Part shown: piece after piece, positions 40,208 through 54,540 of the stretch | Layout of the letters: every line of letters begins with the position of its first letter | Position numbering within the stretch: the stretch's first letter is position 1 | NCBI GenBank assembly: GCA_964016885.1 | Contig: OZ024741.1 | Location: forward strand, 295,244,001 to 295,308,000 | Direction: 5' to 3' | DNA length: 64,000 bases | Source of the DNA: Eledone cirrhosa | Taxonomy: Eukaryota | Program-made: the position numbers and the translations under genes | Notes under the pieces: model-generated | The model's input: the letters and a program-made list of their open reading frames with translations, nothing else | The model's database searches: none | Told to the model about the DNA's origin: nothing

Positions 40208-41636
40208 CACACAATCATCTTTGCCTCTCTCACCACTCAAAATCATTTCTCTCACTTACTTCCTTTCCTTTTTCTCTCTCCCACACAGTCACCTCTTTCC
40301 TTCCCCACACACAATCACCCCCCTCTCTCTCTCTAAATAACTACCTCTCTCACTCTCTCCTAGCACAGAGTCACATCTCTTGCTCTCTCTTCACACACAA
40401 TTACCTCTTTCTCTATCTATCTCTACAAAATCACCTCCTCTCACACTTTCTCCCTCTTCCTACTCTCTTTCTCTAGCCCAACACAATCCCCTCTCTCTCC
40501 ACACTCACTTCTCCTCACACAATCACATCCCACCCACCCCCCCACACACACACACACTTTCATACAAAAACAACTTTCAATCATCACACATACAATATAG
40601 ATTTATTTTCCTAACATAAATGTCTAATTTATCAGCAAAATTCCTTATGGGTATGAATTTTCAAAAATACTTCACTGATTATTCTCTCTTTATCCCCCAA
40701 TTGAAAAAAAAAAACTGTAATTGAATTTTTACCTGTAATGAATTTCAATGCAGAAAGTCCCACCTGCTGCTTACCTATAATAACAGCCCTTTCAGGTATA
40801 TGATATAGACCAAAAGTGGTAGCATTAGATTTTTAGTGTTAAAATATATCATCTCTTCTTCCAAGCAAACAAATGCAGAAAAAAAATTTGGAGCTACACA
40901 ATACCACAAACACTCTTCATCATCATCATCTTTTTTGTTATTCTCAAATCTATTTCCCATGTTATTCATGAAATATAGCATCCTTTCTATGTTTCTAAAT
41001 CCCACAACATTTCATCTAAGCATACATATTCTAATGACCTCTCTTCATCTATACTACCTTGCTGTATTAATGTTAGTTGCTTGGTTTCTGAATTCAGTTT
41101 CCACTGTGCCCTACATCAGTGGAAAACTTAATGCATTGCTCAGTTTATTACCATCAGCTGGTCCTTCTGAGTCTTTAGTGGAGTCCACTCTGTTGAAAGC
41201 ATTTGAACCATTTCTCCATTTTGACTGTACTTTCATCCCTGCCATCAGGGCTGGATTTAAATACTCAAACAATTAGAATACACAGCAAAACCCCAATTTT
41301 ACATATCAAAGTCAACTTGGTGCAAGTAATTGGTATTGAAAAGTTATACATACAGGTATTAAATTAAAAAATTCTAACCATCCACATTTTCCACACTGGG
41401 CAACCATCTTTTAGAGACTGGAAACATTCCAGATTAAAATGACCATCTCTTGCATTGAATAACAAGATTGTGTGTGTGTGTGTCCAGAGGGACGTTTTTT
41501 AGAGGCGACTTTACTAAGGTATCACAGGCAGTGACTTTCTAAATGAGACTGAAGAATGAGGTGAAATCAATTCACTTCGGGAAACTCTGAGTTTGCCAGT
41601 TTGCCATGTATTTTATACAATCTATCTATTCCCCAC

Positions 41637-41708
<72 letters not shown>

Positions 41709-42685
41709 CAATTATTGAGATTGAAAGTAAATTATATTTCCCAAGCTCTCACTCCACAATATATTCCTTAAAATTACAAAACCTATAGTAAAACTGTTTG
41801 TTGCATGTATATAGAGTAGAGAGAATGTGTGTTGGTGAACTCACTAACTACAGTTCATTGGATTAATTCCTACCAATTGATAGTGACATTATTTCTTAAG
41901 ACGATAGAAAAGTTCATCTATGATATATAAAGCACAGATGAGTTTCCCTATATTTCCAAACACCTTCCCTATACAAACTATAGTATCTCTACTACTACTT
42001 CTTCTAACTGTTCCCCTGTTCCTCTTTGATGCTTCAAGCTACTAAAACAGTTTGTTTATTCAGGCAGAAGTAGGAAACAGAAATGAATTATCAGCTATGT
42101 AATTTAAATGTAGAATATCCTTTCTTGCAGCTATTCTCAGCATCTGTCTATCTTCACCAAAACATCTATTCCTACATGAATGATGGTGGTGGTGATGGTG
42201 GTTGTGGTGGTAGTGGTGGTGGTGTTGGTACAGAGGAACAATGATTTAAGCTTAGAAAAATCTCAGGTCATTTTGATCAATTTTATCCTTGCTCATTTAA
42301 ATCTGAAGTTTGGTGGATCCTTCACTTCTATTATTGTCTCTGTATGGCACTAATCAATTGATTGATTTTAAAGCCTATAATTATCATATGCCACATTTGT
42401 CTTTATATCATCATCATCACTACCAAAATCAATTTTATGTTCGTTTTTCTATGTTTGTATGGGTTGGATGAGACTTTATGAGGCAGTATATTATGGCTAG
42501 ATATTCTTCCTGATGTCAACCCTTGTAATTTTTAAGTGAGGTAAAGATTTTTGCACATCTAACAGCTAAACAGTAGATTCTGTTTACGGAAAATGTAAAA
42601 ATATTTCACAATTTATGCTAACCTTGTTGAATGTAAAACAAAGATACACACAGATACATTTTCACACATGTGTGTGTGTGTGTGT

Positions 42686-42851
42686 CAGTGCCGGATTTAC
42701 CATTGTGCTTAGCCTTGCTTAAGCACATGGCCCCATTGGCCAGGGGGCTCATCTTCTTGCCAAACAAATTTTCTACCTCCTTCGGAACCCAAGTAACGGA
42801 CCCTTATGACTTAACTAGCATAGGGCTTCATTTGTCCTAAATCCAGCACTG
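42686..42851. mobile_element. hAT-type MITE
   Basis: TIRs cagtgccggattta / taaatccagcactg, inserted in (GT)n. Confidence 0.72.
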
Positions 42852-43946
42852 GTCTCTGTGTGTGCGAGTATGTGTGTATATGGTAAGTTTTACACATTTC
42901 TACTAAATTCACTCACAAGGCATTGGTCAACCTGAGGCTGTAGTCAAACACACTTACCAAAGTTGTTATGCTGTTTGGTAGAAACTGAGACCACATGGTT
43001 ACAAAGTAAACTTCTAAACAACCCAACTATGCCCACCTCAAATGTATTCAGAAGTAGTTAAAACGGAAGACACAACAACAATCCAACTGTGTCTACAAGG
43101 TCAATGATATTTTTAGTTTTGTAAGATGTAAGAATGTTCATTACCTATCTGTGACCTGTTCACTGAACAGTTCCAATGCAATTGAAATTGTGTCAATAAC
43201 AGAGAGGTGTGTGACAGAAAAAACATTGACACCTCATGAAGTAAAAGAAAAGTCAATACAATAGTTATTGTTCAGATATGTTTCTTTTTATTTTGTTAAA
43301 TGGCTAAAATGGTTTTTCCACTAAGTAACATATAAGAAAATTTAACAAAAGTCAAACTTAAACATAGTAATTAACAATTCAAGAAGTTGTTTGATGAATT
43401 ATTTTCAATATTTACATATAACATTACAAACACACTATGTTTTAAACAGACTAATTAGTCTGGTTTTTAGTATTCCCCGGTGATAACATTATGTCCTTTT
43501 TTTTTTTTTTGTAATTCTGTTAAAAAAGCAAATATAATTCTTAACAGCACATTTTATGGAAAGTTGATAAACATACCTTTCAAATATTTGGGCTAGAAAT
43601 TTTCTTTTTGTTTGTTTTTTAAAGAAAGATTACATTTAATAAATTCTAAATGAGATGAAATAGTTGACTAAATGCCAAAACAGATGTTAGATTCTTTAAG
43701 AAACAACAATGATGTATTTTAGTCACAAATTTTAATGTTATCAAAGACAACACAGCTTCATTTTCAGCTTAGTAATTTTTTATAATGAAATTATTTGTAT
43801 TTTTTTTTTTTATTGTTAGCTCCACTAACTTGGCAGATATGTTTGGAGGACGCGACAAATTTATTGTAGCTTTCTCCATCTTCAAGTTATCTCGTTCTTA
43901 ATATCCTCAACAATTACAATTTTTTTCTTAAAACAAGTTTGAACAC

Positions 43947-43998
<52 letters not shown>

Positions 43999-44270
43999 TT
44001 GTTCAATAGATTACAAAAATATCAATTTCATTCAATTGCGGATTTATATAAATTATAAGTGATAAAGGTGATGGTGATTATTTGAAGAGAAAGAGAAGAC
44101 AAGCAATAGGAACTATTTAGAGCTTAGTTTTATAAATGTCAAAGTGTTAAGCAAAAGGTTCAAGCATGTTAAAAATCTAAATCTACAACTTGAGAAACCT
44201 TTCAAGTCTTGAGTAAACGTTGATATTGTTGTAGCCATGAAAATAACTATATCTAAGCTAATTGTTTTTA

Positions 44271-44620
44271 ATCATCATCATTACATCATCATTACATCTG
44301 TTTTTTTTCATGCTTGCATCATGAAGCACAATTTCCATCCACTTGTCTCTTTCCTTTGACATCTCTATTCCAAGTCTTCCTTGGCCAACTCCTATCACTA
44401 TAACATTTTCTTTCCATGTAGAACACCTACTATTTCTTCACACAACAATCATCTTCCATATGATTTACATGTCAACATTAAGACAATCTTCTCACTTACA
44501 TACTACATTTTGCACCAAATCTTTCTCACAACTCATTTGTGTTTCGTTGTTTATACACACTAACACCACACATCCAATGAAGCATGCTCGATTCATTTCT
44601 TTCTAGCTTTCATAGAACTT
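44271..44620 (-). mobile_element. Old RTE LINE 3' fragment
   Basis: Reverse strand resembles GVGQGRLG/GRPRKTW and 'ERNE.SML.WMC' of the 26448 ORF; (CAT)n tail. Confidence 0.65.
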
Positions 44621-45077
44621 AGATTCCTTTCTGCATGTGCTGCAATGAAAGAAAAAAGAAAAGTCCATGCTCACGTAACACAGGTGAAACTCGTTTCAAT
44701 CAAGTAATGCCTGTGTTTAAAGATTTATTAAGTGAAGAAAGGCTTCGCACTGACCAATCCCTCTCACTGAACAATGGTGACAAGTATCCAAAAAGAAGAA
44801 CAGGTCAACATCATTGACTGCCATCAAGTTGCAAGTTTTACATCAGAGTTTTCCTTCGAGAATTATTTCCTAACATACATACATAATTACATACACAAAC
44901 ACACACACATAAATACATATACATACACACATATACATACACATGTACACACACACACATATACACGCATTCTGTAACAAGGAACCTACATCGCTTTTTA
45001 ACAAGCATGTGATTGGAGATTTTAAATGATTGTTAAACATAAAGCAATCACACTACTTCCTACTATGTATATATGTA

Positions 45078-45404
45078 TGGTCCAGTAACTCCCGGGGGAG
45101 TCGTAGGGGCACTGTATTAACATACAGCATTTCTAGGGCATTTTTTTTTAAAACATGGCAGTGCCCATCTCCTTTCCAAGTCTGAATACAGTAGATTTCT
45201 TCCAGAGAAGGATAGAGAGTGAGAGAAAAGAAATAAAAAAGAGATATAGAGGAAAAATCGACCCCAGTACTAAACTGGTACTTTTTATCGGCCTTGAAAG
45301 GATGAAAGTTGACCTCAGCAGGATTTGAACTCAGATAACAGAGAGCCGAAATGAATACAGCAAAGCATTTTATCTGATGTTCTAACGACTGCCAATTCAC
45401 CGCC
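45078..45404 (-). mobile_element. Long-tailed SINE family (same head and central domain, different 3' tail)
   Basis: About 330 bp; homologous copies at 34265-34580, 37728-38012 and 61632-61965. Confidence 0.8.
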
Positions 45405-48400
45405 TGACTACCTCTCATACTATCAAGTTAAGTAGCAAGATAAGAGTGAAGTGTGTGATTGCTTTGTTTCATTTTATGTAAATGATACACAGAGAAATAG
45501 AGAAATATTATGTGAGAGAAAGAGAGAGAAATTTAAAAAATCTCTGTACCATATTAATATACTTTTGATTCCTACACAACTAAAAATAAAATGAATATTA
45601 AAACAGTATTTTTTTCTGCTGTCATTTCTATAAAAACAAAAAAGGGAAAATATGATGACCCTTGTCTTTCTCCATCTCTGATGCACACACACATATGCAC
45701 AAGCACATTCAGAGAGGGAGAGAGAACATATCTATGAGAATAGCTGGCTAAAGTTCTGCCCAGTTGCAACATAGATCATGCCATAGATATAGAATTATGT
45801 ATCCTAAGGTGATCAATCATACTTATTACTCTATCGTTCTGGTTTACTTTGTGAAGAAATAAATCTTAGTTTCCTGCTAAGGGAGAACGCTATTCTGCTC
45901 TCATGGTTGACCTATTTGAAAGATATCAATAAACTATCCATATAGCTTCTTATTCAGATTTTGTCAGAATGTACGATATGGGATGGAGTAATTATAACTG
46001 TGGATAGGAACAAAAGAAGGAGGAAAGAACAGAGTTCAGTAAGCTGTGTGTCTGTCTGTCTGTCTCACTTCAAACACTAAGATGAATATGACAACTAGTT
46101 TACAGTATTGTAAATACACACACTCACTTAGTGATTCTCTGTTCATTACTTCTGCAAGCACAATAATGTCTGTGCTTGCAGAAGAGGTCTAATAAGATGG
46201 AAACATAACCAGTGTTGTCTCCTGTACATGTGGTAATAATTAAAATATTATTAGTCATTTCTTTATTGTATATCATCAATATCATCACCATCTTCTTCAT
46301 TATTGTTGTCAGATTTACATCTGCTTGTCTAAGCCGACATTGGTTGAATGAGACGTTTTGGAGGAATTATTATATAGCTGAATGCTCTAACTGCCACTAA
46401 CCCTTACATATTTTTAACTATGATGCTTATGCCACAGATCTTCATCTTTCAAACCATTAAGTTGTGAGTCATATTGTTTATGTCCTACATAAACAAACAG
46501 CATCACTTGTTTAAGGGCTGTCAACTTGAAGAAATATTCAGATGCAAACACACACATATTTCTGTATTTTAAAAAAATAGAAGTGTCAGGGAATACAGAA
46601 ATACCATTGTCACACTCCCCTCCTCACAGCCTTGCAAAAAAAAAAACATTAATACCAATGAGTGAGCAATGAAACCTACTAGACATATCACAACCTTGTT
46701 TTGGGGCTATTTAATCCTCTCATTAGCATATTTCTAATGAAAAACACTACCTATCAATCAAAAACCAATAGGTTGCACTTCTTGCATGGATTTCTTTGAC
46801 TCTCTGTCACCATCCAATTCTGTTGTTCATATTTAGGAGGTTAGAGAGATTGCAGTTTACAAATCTGCTTCATATAGGTCTTGGCTTATTGTCCTTTGCT
46901 AGCTCTTCCTTGTGTAGGCTCCCTCAAAAGAACTTCACTAGCAAGTCCCTGCAATTTTCATTTAATTTTGAAAATATTGAATGAAGAATTAAGGATTTAA
47001 GACTAATCTTTGTAATGTTTAAGCTGGTATTTAGAACATAACAAAAGTTCTTACATAAAATTATTATGGGAGGTTTAAATTTAAATACAAACACTTTAAA
47101 ACAAACATCTGTCATAAAAGTAGGGGTGGGGATTCAGGTAGATTGATATTGACAGGGTTAATTTTTAATTTTGTTACTATCTTTTAAAAGCTTCTCAAAC
47201 ATATTCATCATTTATTGTATGAATAAGCTCTAGCTTTCACTGCAGACTGGATGCAGTAGCTGGGTATGCACTGAACTTGGCATATGACCAGTCTTTGTAA
47301 TTCTCAAAATCGACTAAACTGTAGCAAACTTATAACTTTGAAGCAGTCAAGCTCATGCAAAGCTGGATATAAACCCAAGCCAAATGTTGGGTGTAAGCCC
47401 ATCTCACCCCAACCCCTTTAAGCTGGTAATAGACATGAGCTAGACTTGAAATATTGGCCCCGTTTTCGAACTGTTTATTAACTATATCAGTAATCAGTGT
47501 TAAATAAATTTATGTATAGAGTATAGATATATACCTTAGTTGAGGGCATATAAGAATTTTTCACTATTTTAGCAGGGAAAATTAAGAAAAGAAACATATC
47601 TGAACTTCAAATATAAGACCCAGAAGACATTTTTGAACATTTTGTTTTTTAAAAGACTCTTATATGCCGTCATATATGGTACTTGTGTCATAAGTAAGAA
47701 AACAATTTTACAAAAATAGAATTAGGATGAATTGGCCCCAGTTAAGTGGTCTACCTGACTTGGATGTAGTTAAGCTTACGAACAGATAATAGGACTGAGT
47801 GCTAAAACTAACAGATAGTGACTGTGATGGAAAGTATAAGAGAATAACTGTCTTTTAAATATCATACATAATCAATCAGATGATGTATAAGGGTATAATT
47901 GATGATAATTTGTCTGCCAGCAATAATAATCTAAAAAAATATTGGTGATGCATGAAATAATTAATTTACTAAGCAATCGAATATTTTCGTTGAAAATTAA
48001 TTTACTGGAACTAATTTTGCTCAAGTGTTGAAAATATGATAGATTATAATCACAGGAAAGTTTTGATATGTATATTTATCATAGAAGTAAGCCGACCCTC
48101 CAAATTCAGCAATCTAAACATGGATTACCCACCTTCCCAAACTCAGCAAACTGAACATGGACTTCAACAGCTGCCAAATGGCGAAGACAATCATTATCAA
48201 ACTGCAGCTGTCATATTACATAGTTTCTACATAATAAAGTTAATCTTTTAACTTTGCCTTTTCATTTAATTCCTCTTAAAATTCATTTGTTTTATGTATA
48301 TAGCTGTTGATTGATATAGTCATTAGAGCATCAGATCAACTGTGTAATAATATTTGTTCAAACTTTCTATGTTCTTAGCTTAAATCATGCTAAGGTTCTC

Positions 48401-50973
48401 ATTGCCTTTTATCTTTTGGGGTCGATAAAGAAAGTACAGCTTTGTGTTGATGTAGCCCTCTCTCCCTCTAGTTGTCACACACAAGATGTTCTGCTGAGCC
48501 AAGAGTGGGAAGATGAAGATGGTATCTTTATCCACTGGCCCCAACATAAGCATCTAACTTTGAGTGTTGGCTATTGAATTTGTTTTTGATTTTTATGAAT
48601 TTTTGTTATGATATTAATAAAATATCCAGTAAGTTCCATTGTGAGAATGTAACATTTCTATACACTAGTAGTGTAATGTGCAGCAGAATGAGATTGATTT
48701 ACAATGTGAGAAATACATTAAAAGAATAAGGTGTGAACACTCTATATAACTTGATAATTTCACAATGTTCTTTCTGTTTTATTAAATATTTAAATGTGTC
48801 ATTTAGTTGTAGACAGAATAAAGTAGAATTCAGAATTCAGTTATTGGGACACAGATGTACATGTAGTTAGCTGGGTAGAATTCGTTTCACAGTAAACAAA
48901 AATTAAATCATGGTTTTTACGTTCACATGTCCATACTGGCATGGGTTGGGCAAGATATTTTGAGGCAATGTTTTACAGCCAGATGCCCTTCATGATGCTA
49001 ACCCTTTTAGTCACTACTTATGGTAGATAAATGTATTAATGTGAAAGTGAAAGGAATGCATTATGGAATTTGTAAATCAATGTAGTCATTTGGCCTCAAC
49101 GGCTTTTCAGTTGCTGGTTTATATATAGTGGAAATAAATTGACTACAACAACCCCTCTAAGAAATGTGAGTGCACAGTCGTGCAATCACCGTACTAGTGT
49201 TGCACATATTAAAATATTACCATTCAGTAACTTTGAAATGTTGCCATGGAATTTCACTTTGAATTTAAAACAGTTTTGCTTAAAGCATCGAAAGTTCTGC
49301 TCATTGGTTGGGGGGAAATAGAAGGAATGCTGCTTCGCTGACTCTTACCTAGAAATCAAATCTTCAATCCTGAACAATAAGTGTGCTGTGTGATCTGACT
49401 TATGCCAAAACTTCTAATTGGCCCAGGCTAGATGTAAAATGTATCCTCCACCTCTCTAAATCTAGTAATAAGCCCAGGTTGAATCTAAATGTAGCTCCCC
49501 TCTTCCCTTTCGCATGTAATGAGCCACCTGCTCCATTACTTCTGGTTTGACTTGTGTTTAATCAGTGTTACTAGTGATATATTGCACTACACAGGAGAAA
49601 TTTATGTAGATATGGTATAGGTATTCTCAAAGTGAGAATATAGTGATAAGGATAAGCTGTAAACACAGTTATATTCATGGGCTGTTTTCTTATTACTGAA
49701 CGAAATAGCACCAGAGTTTTTGATTATTATGATTTAAGTCCAGTAATACACTGGTGCTACTAGCTATTCAACTCACAATTGGTCAACATACATAACGCAA
49801 CTAGTCCACATTTTATTACTCAAATATAAAATAAAGCCATCACTTAAACACACAACCATGCTTGCTATGGTAATTAAATATTTTGATATTTCCTTTTCTT
49901 TTTATTATTTATTCTCTGAATCATAAATCATAGATATAATTTTTAGATATTTTATTTTGCATTCTTTAAGACAGCAGAAATTGTCTCTGATAAGGATAAT
50001 ATTGTTATAGTAACAGCTAATTGTTTATGATATTCGTTACATCTTTATTATATTCAAACATTATTACTGCTATGTCTTTTCTCTGTTTCTCCCATAACTA
50101 GTCACTTTAACACCCACTTTTTACAACTTTAATGCTTCATCATCTAGAATATTTTAAAATCTAGTTTCAATTATATTTTAATAACAATTATTTTAGATAT
50201 ATTTTCAGACAGTAATCTCAACAATGAATTCTTTATAACCACTTTCATGTAAATCATTTTATATTTTATAATCAAACAATCTTGTTCAACTTGCAATTTT
50301 TCACATGAAAGACAACTTTTCTTTTCAGTAAACAATTTAAATATATATATACATATATGGTTTGTTTGCTAGCTTACTTTAAATGTTAACTATATCTTAG
50401 TTGTTTGATAGATTCTGTTTTATCTAAATCACATTCATAACATCAAAATAAAGAGATAATCACTTCTTTAAAATAAGTAGGAAATTGTTTTAAATACAAT
50501 GCTATCATATTCATAAATTATTTAAAGCTATCATATTCTCTAATAGATTAAATATGTACATATATCTATATATATGTAAACATCTATATTATTTGTGTGT
50601 GTGTGTGTGTTTGTGTATATGTGTGTTTGTGTGTGTGTATATATACATAGAGAGAGAGAGTGAGAGAGTCTGCAGTGCTGAGACTGAGGAGACCACTAAT
50701 CATGAGAGTACTCAATGCATAGGGAGATGCAGAGTGGGTATAAAGATATGCAAAATACCAACCATAGCACAAAGTGGTTTCAGCTTGTGTTCAACAAGCC
50801 TTTTCACACACACACACACACACTAATTCGAGTGTGTTAGTCAATTACCGACACTTCAGTATGCAGGGTAGGGCACTCTACGAAGTGTGCAGGTGGGTCT
50901 ATTTATTCTGTAGTATATTATAAATAAGAAGTATAAGTCAACAAGTTAAAATTAACTTTGTTTAATCATAGTC

Positions 50974-51032
50974 ACTGTTATATATATTTCAGTGGTAACC
51001 ATTATGCAACAGCTGTGACATCATCAGACAGC
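50974..51032 (-). ncRNA. Type I hammerhead-like motif with intact core
   Basis: Reverse strand: gctgt-CTGATGA-tgtcacagctgttgcataatggttaccact-GAAA-tatata-TA-acagt. Confidence 0.58.
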
Positions 51033-51597
51033 TAGAATTTGAACAGAAAAAAACAGAAAAATTTAATGATGGAACAAAGATTGTTATTTTGATTTTTTAT
51101 ATGCTCAGTGCAGAAATTTGGTGTTGTATTCTCAAGATCTATATATATGTTTGTGTGTAGCCACCCAAGCTTGCACTATATGCAAATGAGCATCCTAAGC
51201 AGATGTTTTATACACAAAAAGTATATAAGTTATAGCTTATTCTTGTCTCAGTATCAAGTAAATATCACCGATGACAGATAAAAATCCTGAAACACTCAGG
51301 TCTGGCTTTTTCACATAGCAACTCAGATAGCTGTGCATGATCACAGCTTAAAACATTCTTACCGAGATTATATATGTTTGTTATACATAATCATATCATA
51401 TGAGCCTCTATATATACCTCTATTATGAATCATGCTCTGTTAGTGTTCTTGCTTTTATATATATATATATATACACATACATACACACACACAAAAGGCT
51501 TGCTGAACACACAAGCCGAATCTGCTTAGCTGAGATATACCTATAGATATAACACTAACTATAGTATCATTTAGATACAGTTATTTCTCTCATCATC

Positions 51598-51691
51598 TGT
51601 TTCAGATTCTCTCTGAAATGGGTCCCAGATTTTCATCCTGTATTGAAATAGGGTGAAAATCTGGGACCTGTCTCAGAGAAAATCTGGAACA
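51598..51691. repeat. 94-bp hairpin (42-bp arms)
   Basis: tgtttcagattctctctgaaatgggtcccagattttcatcct / agggtgaaaatctgggacctgtctcagagaaaatctggaaca. Confidence 0.85.
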
Positions 51692-52017
51692 AGTGACTAA
51701 AGAAACCACAAGATTTATATGACAATATAGTTAGTGTAATAATTATCAATATATTGCAATTCTATTACAGATTGAGTTCTCTCCCAACTTTGAATACTCT
51801 TGACAAAATTAGACTATATATATATATGTATGTATATATGTGTGTGTGTGTGTGTTTATATTTCCATACCTTTTACCTTTTTCCTTTAAAACACTTCTTA
51901 CTCTTCCAACCAATATTCCGTAAACATATTGAGCTCACTCTGAAAATATTTGGAAATTATATACTCTCATATATAACTATGTACATATAAATTGAGTTAT
52001 ATATTGTTGTACCATCG

Positions 52018-52107
<90 letters not shown>

Positions 52108-52257
52108 CGTGAGTGAAAACACAAGTACAATTCCCGCTCATTGGCTGTCTTATGCATTCAAAACATTATTGATCCACAGAAGACAGCCGATGAATGGAAA
52201 TTGTCCTTATGTTTGTGTTTTTACTCAAGTTTTCTAAATGATATATATATATACACA

Positions 52258-52460
52258 CACATAAAAAGTCAATAAGGAAAATCACCACGGTAAAACAATG
52301 ATTCTTTTTATTTGTTTAATACTTGATATAGTAAGTAGAGAGTGTTAATGTTTCGGGCGTTAGTCTTTCATCAGAAGATAGAATGTAAGATAGAAGAAAT
52401 AGAAGGATATAGGAGAGTTAGAAAAGGAGGGAATAGAAAAAAAAATAACAGGAGGAAAAC
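52258..52460 (-). mobile_element. Penelope-like terminal repeat remnant with hammerhead core
   Basis: Reverse strand 'tatcttCTGATGAaagactaacgcccGAAAcatta' (core 52351-52374); homolog of 745-965. Confidence 0.5.
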
Positions 52461-53403
52461 ACACATTACATGCATAGCAACTACCCAGGTAATCCAGGCA
52501 ATTGCAGACATGTTTTAAGCATAAGTTAAACATTGATATATGTTAGCATGTTATGCAGTTAAGTTGGATGTAGAGCAGTTGTAAACTAGAGATAGTGAAA
52601 GGATTGAATTAACTCTATCTGTGAAAAAATATTGAAGGTCTATTGATTATTTTTTCTCTGTGAAGTAATCCATGAAGTCAAAATAAGAAAGAACATAAGA
52701 AAAAAGAACTCAGTAACTTGGAGTTGAAAGGTAGTGGAGCTTGAAAATCAGTGTCATTTACAGCATTTCAATAAATATTTGACACAAGGTTCAAATGACA
52801 CTATTAATAGCTTAATGATTTTATATTATTTTATATATTTATATATTTTAATTTTTCACAACAACCCATGCTCTGATTGAAGAAAATTGTTACAGTGTCA
52901 TTCAATACATAATCCAGGAAAGCATAGGTGAAACCACACAGTCTCTTGAGATGTAAAAGTAGAAGAAGGATACTCGACGTTGAATCGTTTCATTTTTCTC
53001 ATGTTTCATCGAAAGAAATTTTCTGATTATTAACATTGGATAGAAAAGAAGTCTAGCAGCAACTGTTGTTACTGCTGTTGTTGTTGTTCCTGATGTTGTT
53101 GTTGTTCCTGATGTTGTTATTTCCCCCACTTTCTTTCTCACTAATGATAATAAATAGGAGTTTCAGGAGGTAAAATCCTAAGAAATCCAGCTGAATCAAG
53201 CTTCTTCGTTTCAACTTTATTTTCATGGAGCAATTTTAGCATTGGCTTTCTGAGCAATTACAGAAATATTGTGCAGTTTTTTGGGGGGGGGTTTTCTAAA
53301 TTAAAAAAAAGCAACAACTTTGAAGTTAACCTTTGATGGAGTAATTTTAAGGGAGCAAAATAACTAAATGTATTCCTTAAAAACAGACAAAAATACTTAA
53401 ATA

Positions 53404-53431
53404 ATGGATGGTACAATTTGGAAATCAGTCC
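53404..53431 (+). CDS. Candidate alternative first coding exon of KChIP (MDGTIWKSV plus 1 nt)
   Basis: ATAATGG start context with an in-frame TAA just upstream and a GTAAGT donor at 53432. Phase 1 matches the acceptor at 58733. About 600 bp of largely repeat-free, UTR-like sequence precedes it. Confidence 0.45.
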
Positions 53432-54540
53432 GTAAGTTTTATTGTTTATTTATTTTTGTTAATTAATCTCCAACATGTTAACGATGAGACTTATTTTATT
53501 GTTTTTGTCATCATATGATGTTAAATAGATCTAAAATGAAATATATTTCTAAATAGACATATAGACCAGTTAGGAAGGAATACAGCGTTTTTGTCATCAT
53601 TCAGTGTTAAATAGAATATATCTATATATGGACACAAGGCCAGTTAGGAAACAGCACATCGATTGTTCGTTTTTGTTTCGGGCCGTTTTTGTTTCACATT
53701 TGAAAAGAGGGTATTAGCCCTGAAATACCATGTTGAAATATACTGGGTAAAATATTACTTTGTTTTGTTTTATTCGTCATCCTTTACCGTTTTTATATTT
53801 CTACCACATTGTACCAGCTTCTTGAAACTTATCATTTATTTATTACATATCTCACAATGCTTCATATTAACTATACTACTATATTTATATAGTGAAGGTA
53901 GGTAGCTTAGTGGTTAGAGCATTGGTTTTACAATCATGAAATTGTGGTTTTGAATCCTGGACCACCTGTGCATTGTGTTCTTGAGCAATTGGTCCAGTTC
54001 ACTTAACTATAGTTGTGGCATTACTGGTGCCAAGTTGTATCAGTTATTGCCTTTCCATTGGACAACATTGGTGGTGTAGAGAGGGGAGAGTGGCATGCAT
54101 GGGCAACTGCTGCTCTTCCACAAACACACCTTGCCCAAGCTTGTGCCTTGGAGGGGAACTTTCCAAATACAAACCATGGTTACTCATGACCAAAGGGCAC
54201 CTACAATGATATTTATATATAAATGAGATGTAGTATTTAGTTGTATTATTTAGTTACATTTTAGTGTCATATTTGTTTCTTTCATCATCCTCTGCTTTTT
54301 CCAAACAGTATAATGACAATGAAAGTGCTGAATTGGCAGAGTCATTAGGACATCAGATTAAAAATGGCTCAGTATTTGTTCTGGTTTTGAATTCAAATCA
54401 TGCCAAGGTACACTTTGTCTTTCATCCTTTCGTGAACAATAATGTTCCAACCCAGTACTGTATTTCTATATCTCTTTATCACTTTCTCTGTCGAGGAATG
54501 GAGCACACATATGACTCCATTAAGAATCAATGGCCGTTTA

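Noticed and set aside
40836-41276. 146-aa hydrophobic ORF as a possible KIS-like KChIP exon
   Set aside because: Non-ATG start, no suitable donor and no recognisable homology; the opposite strand resembles a decayed LINE.
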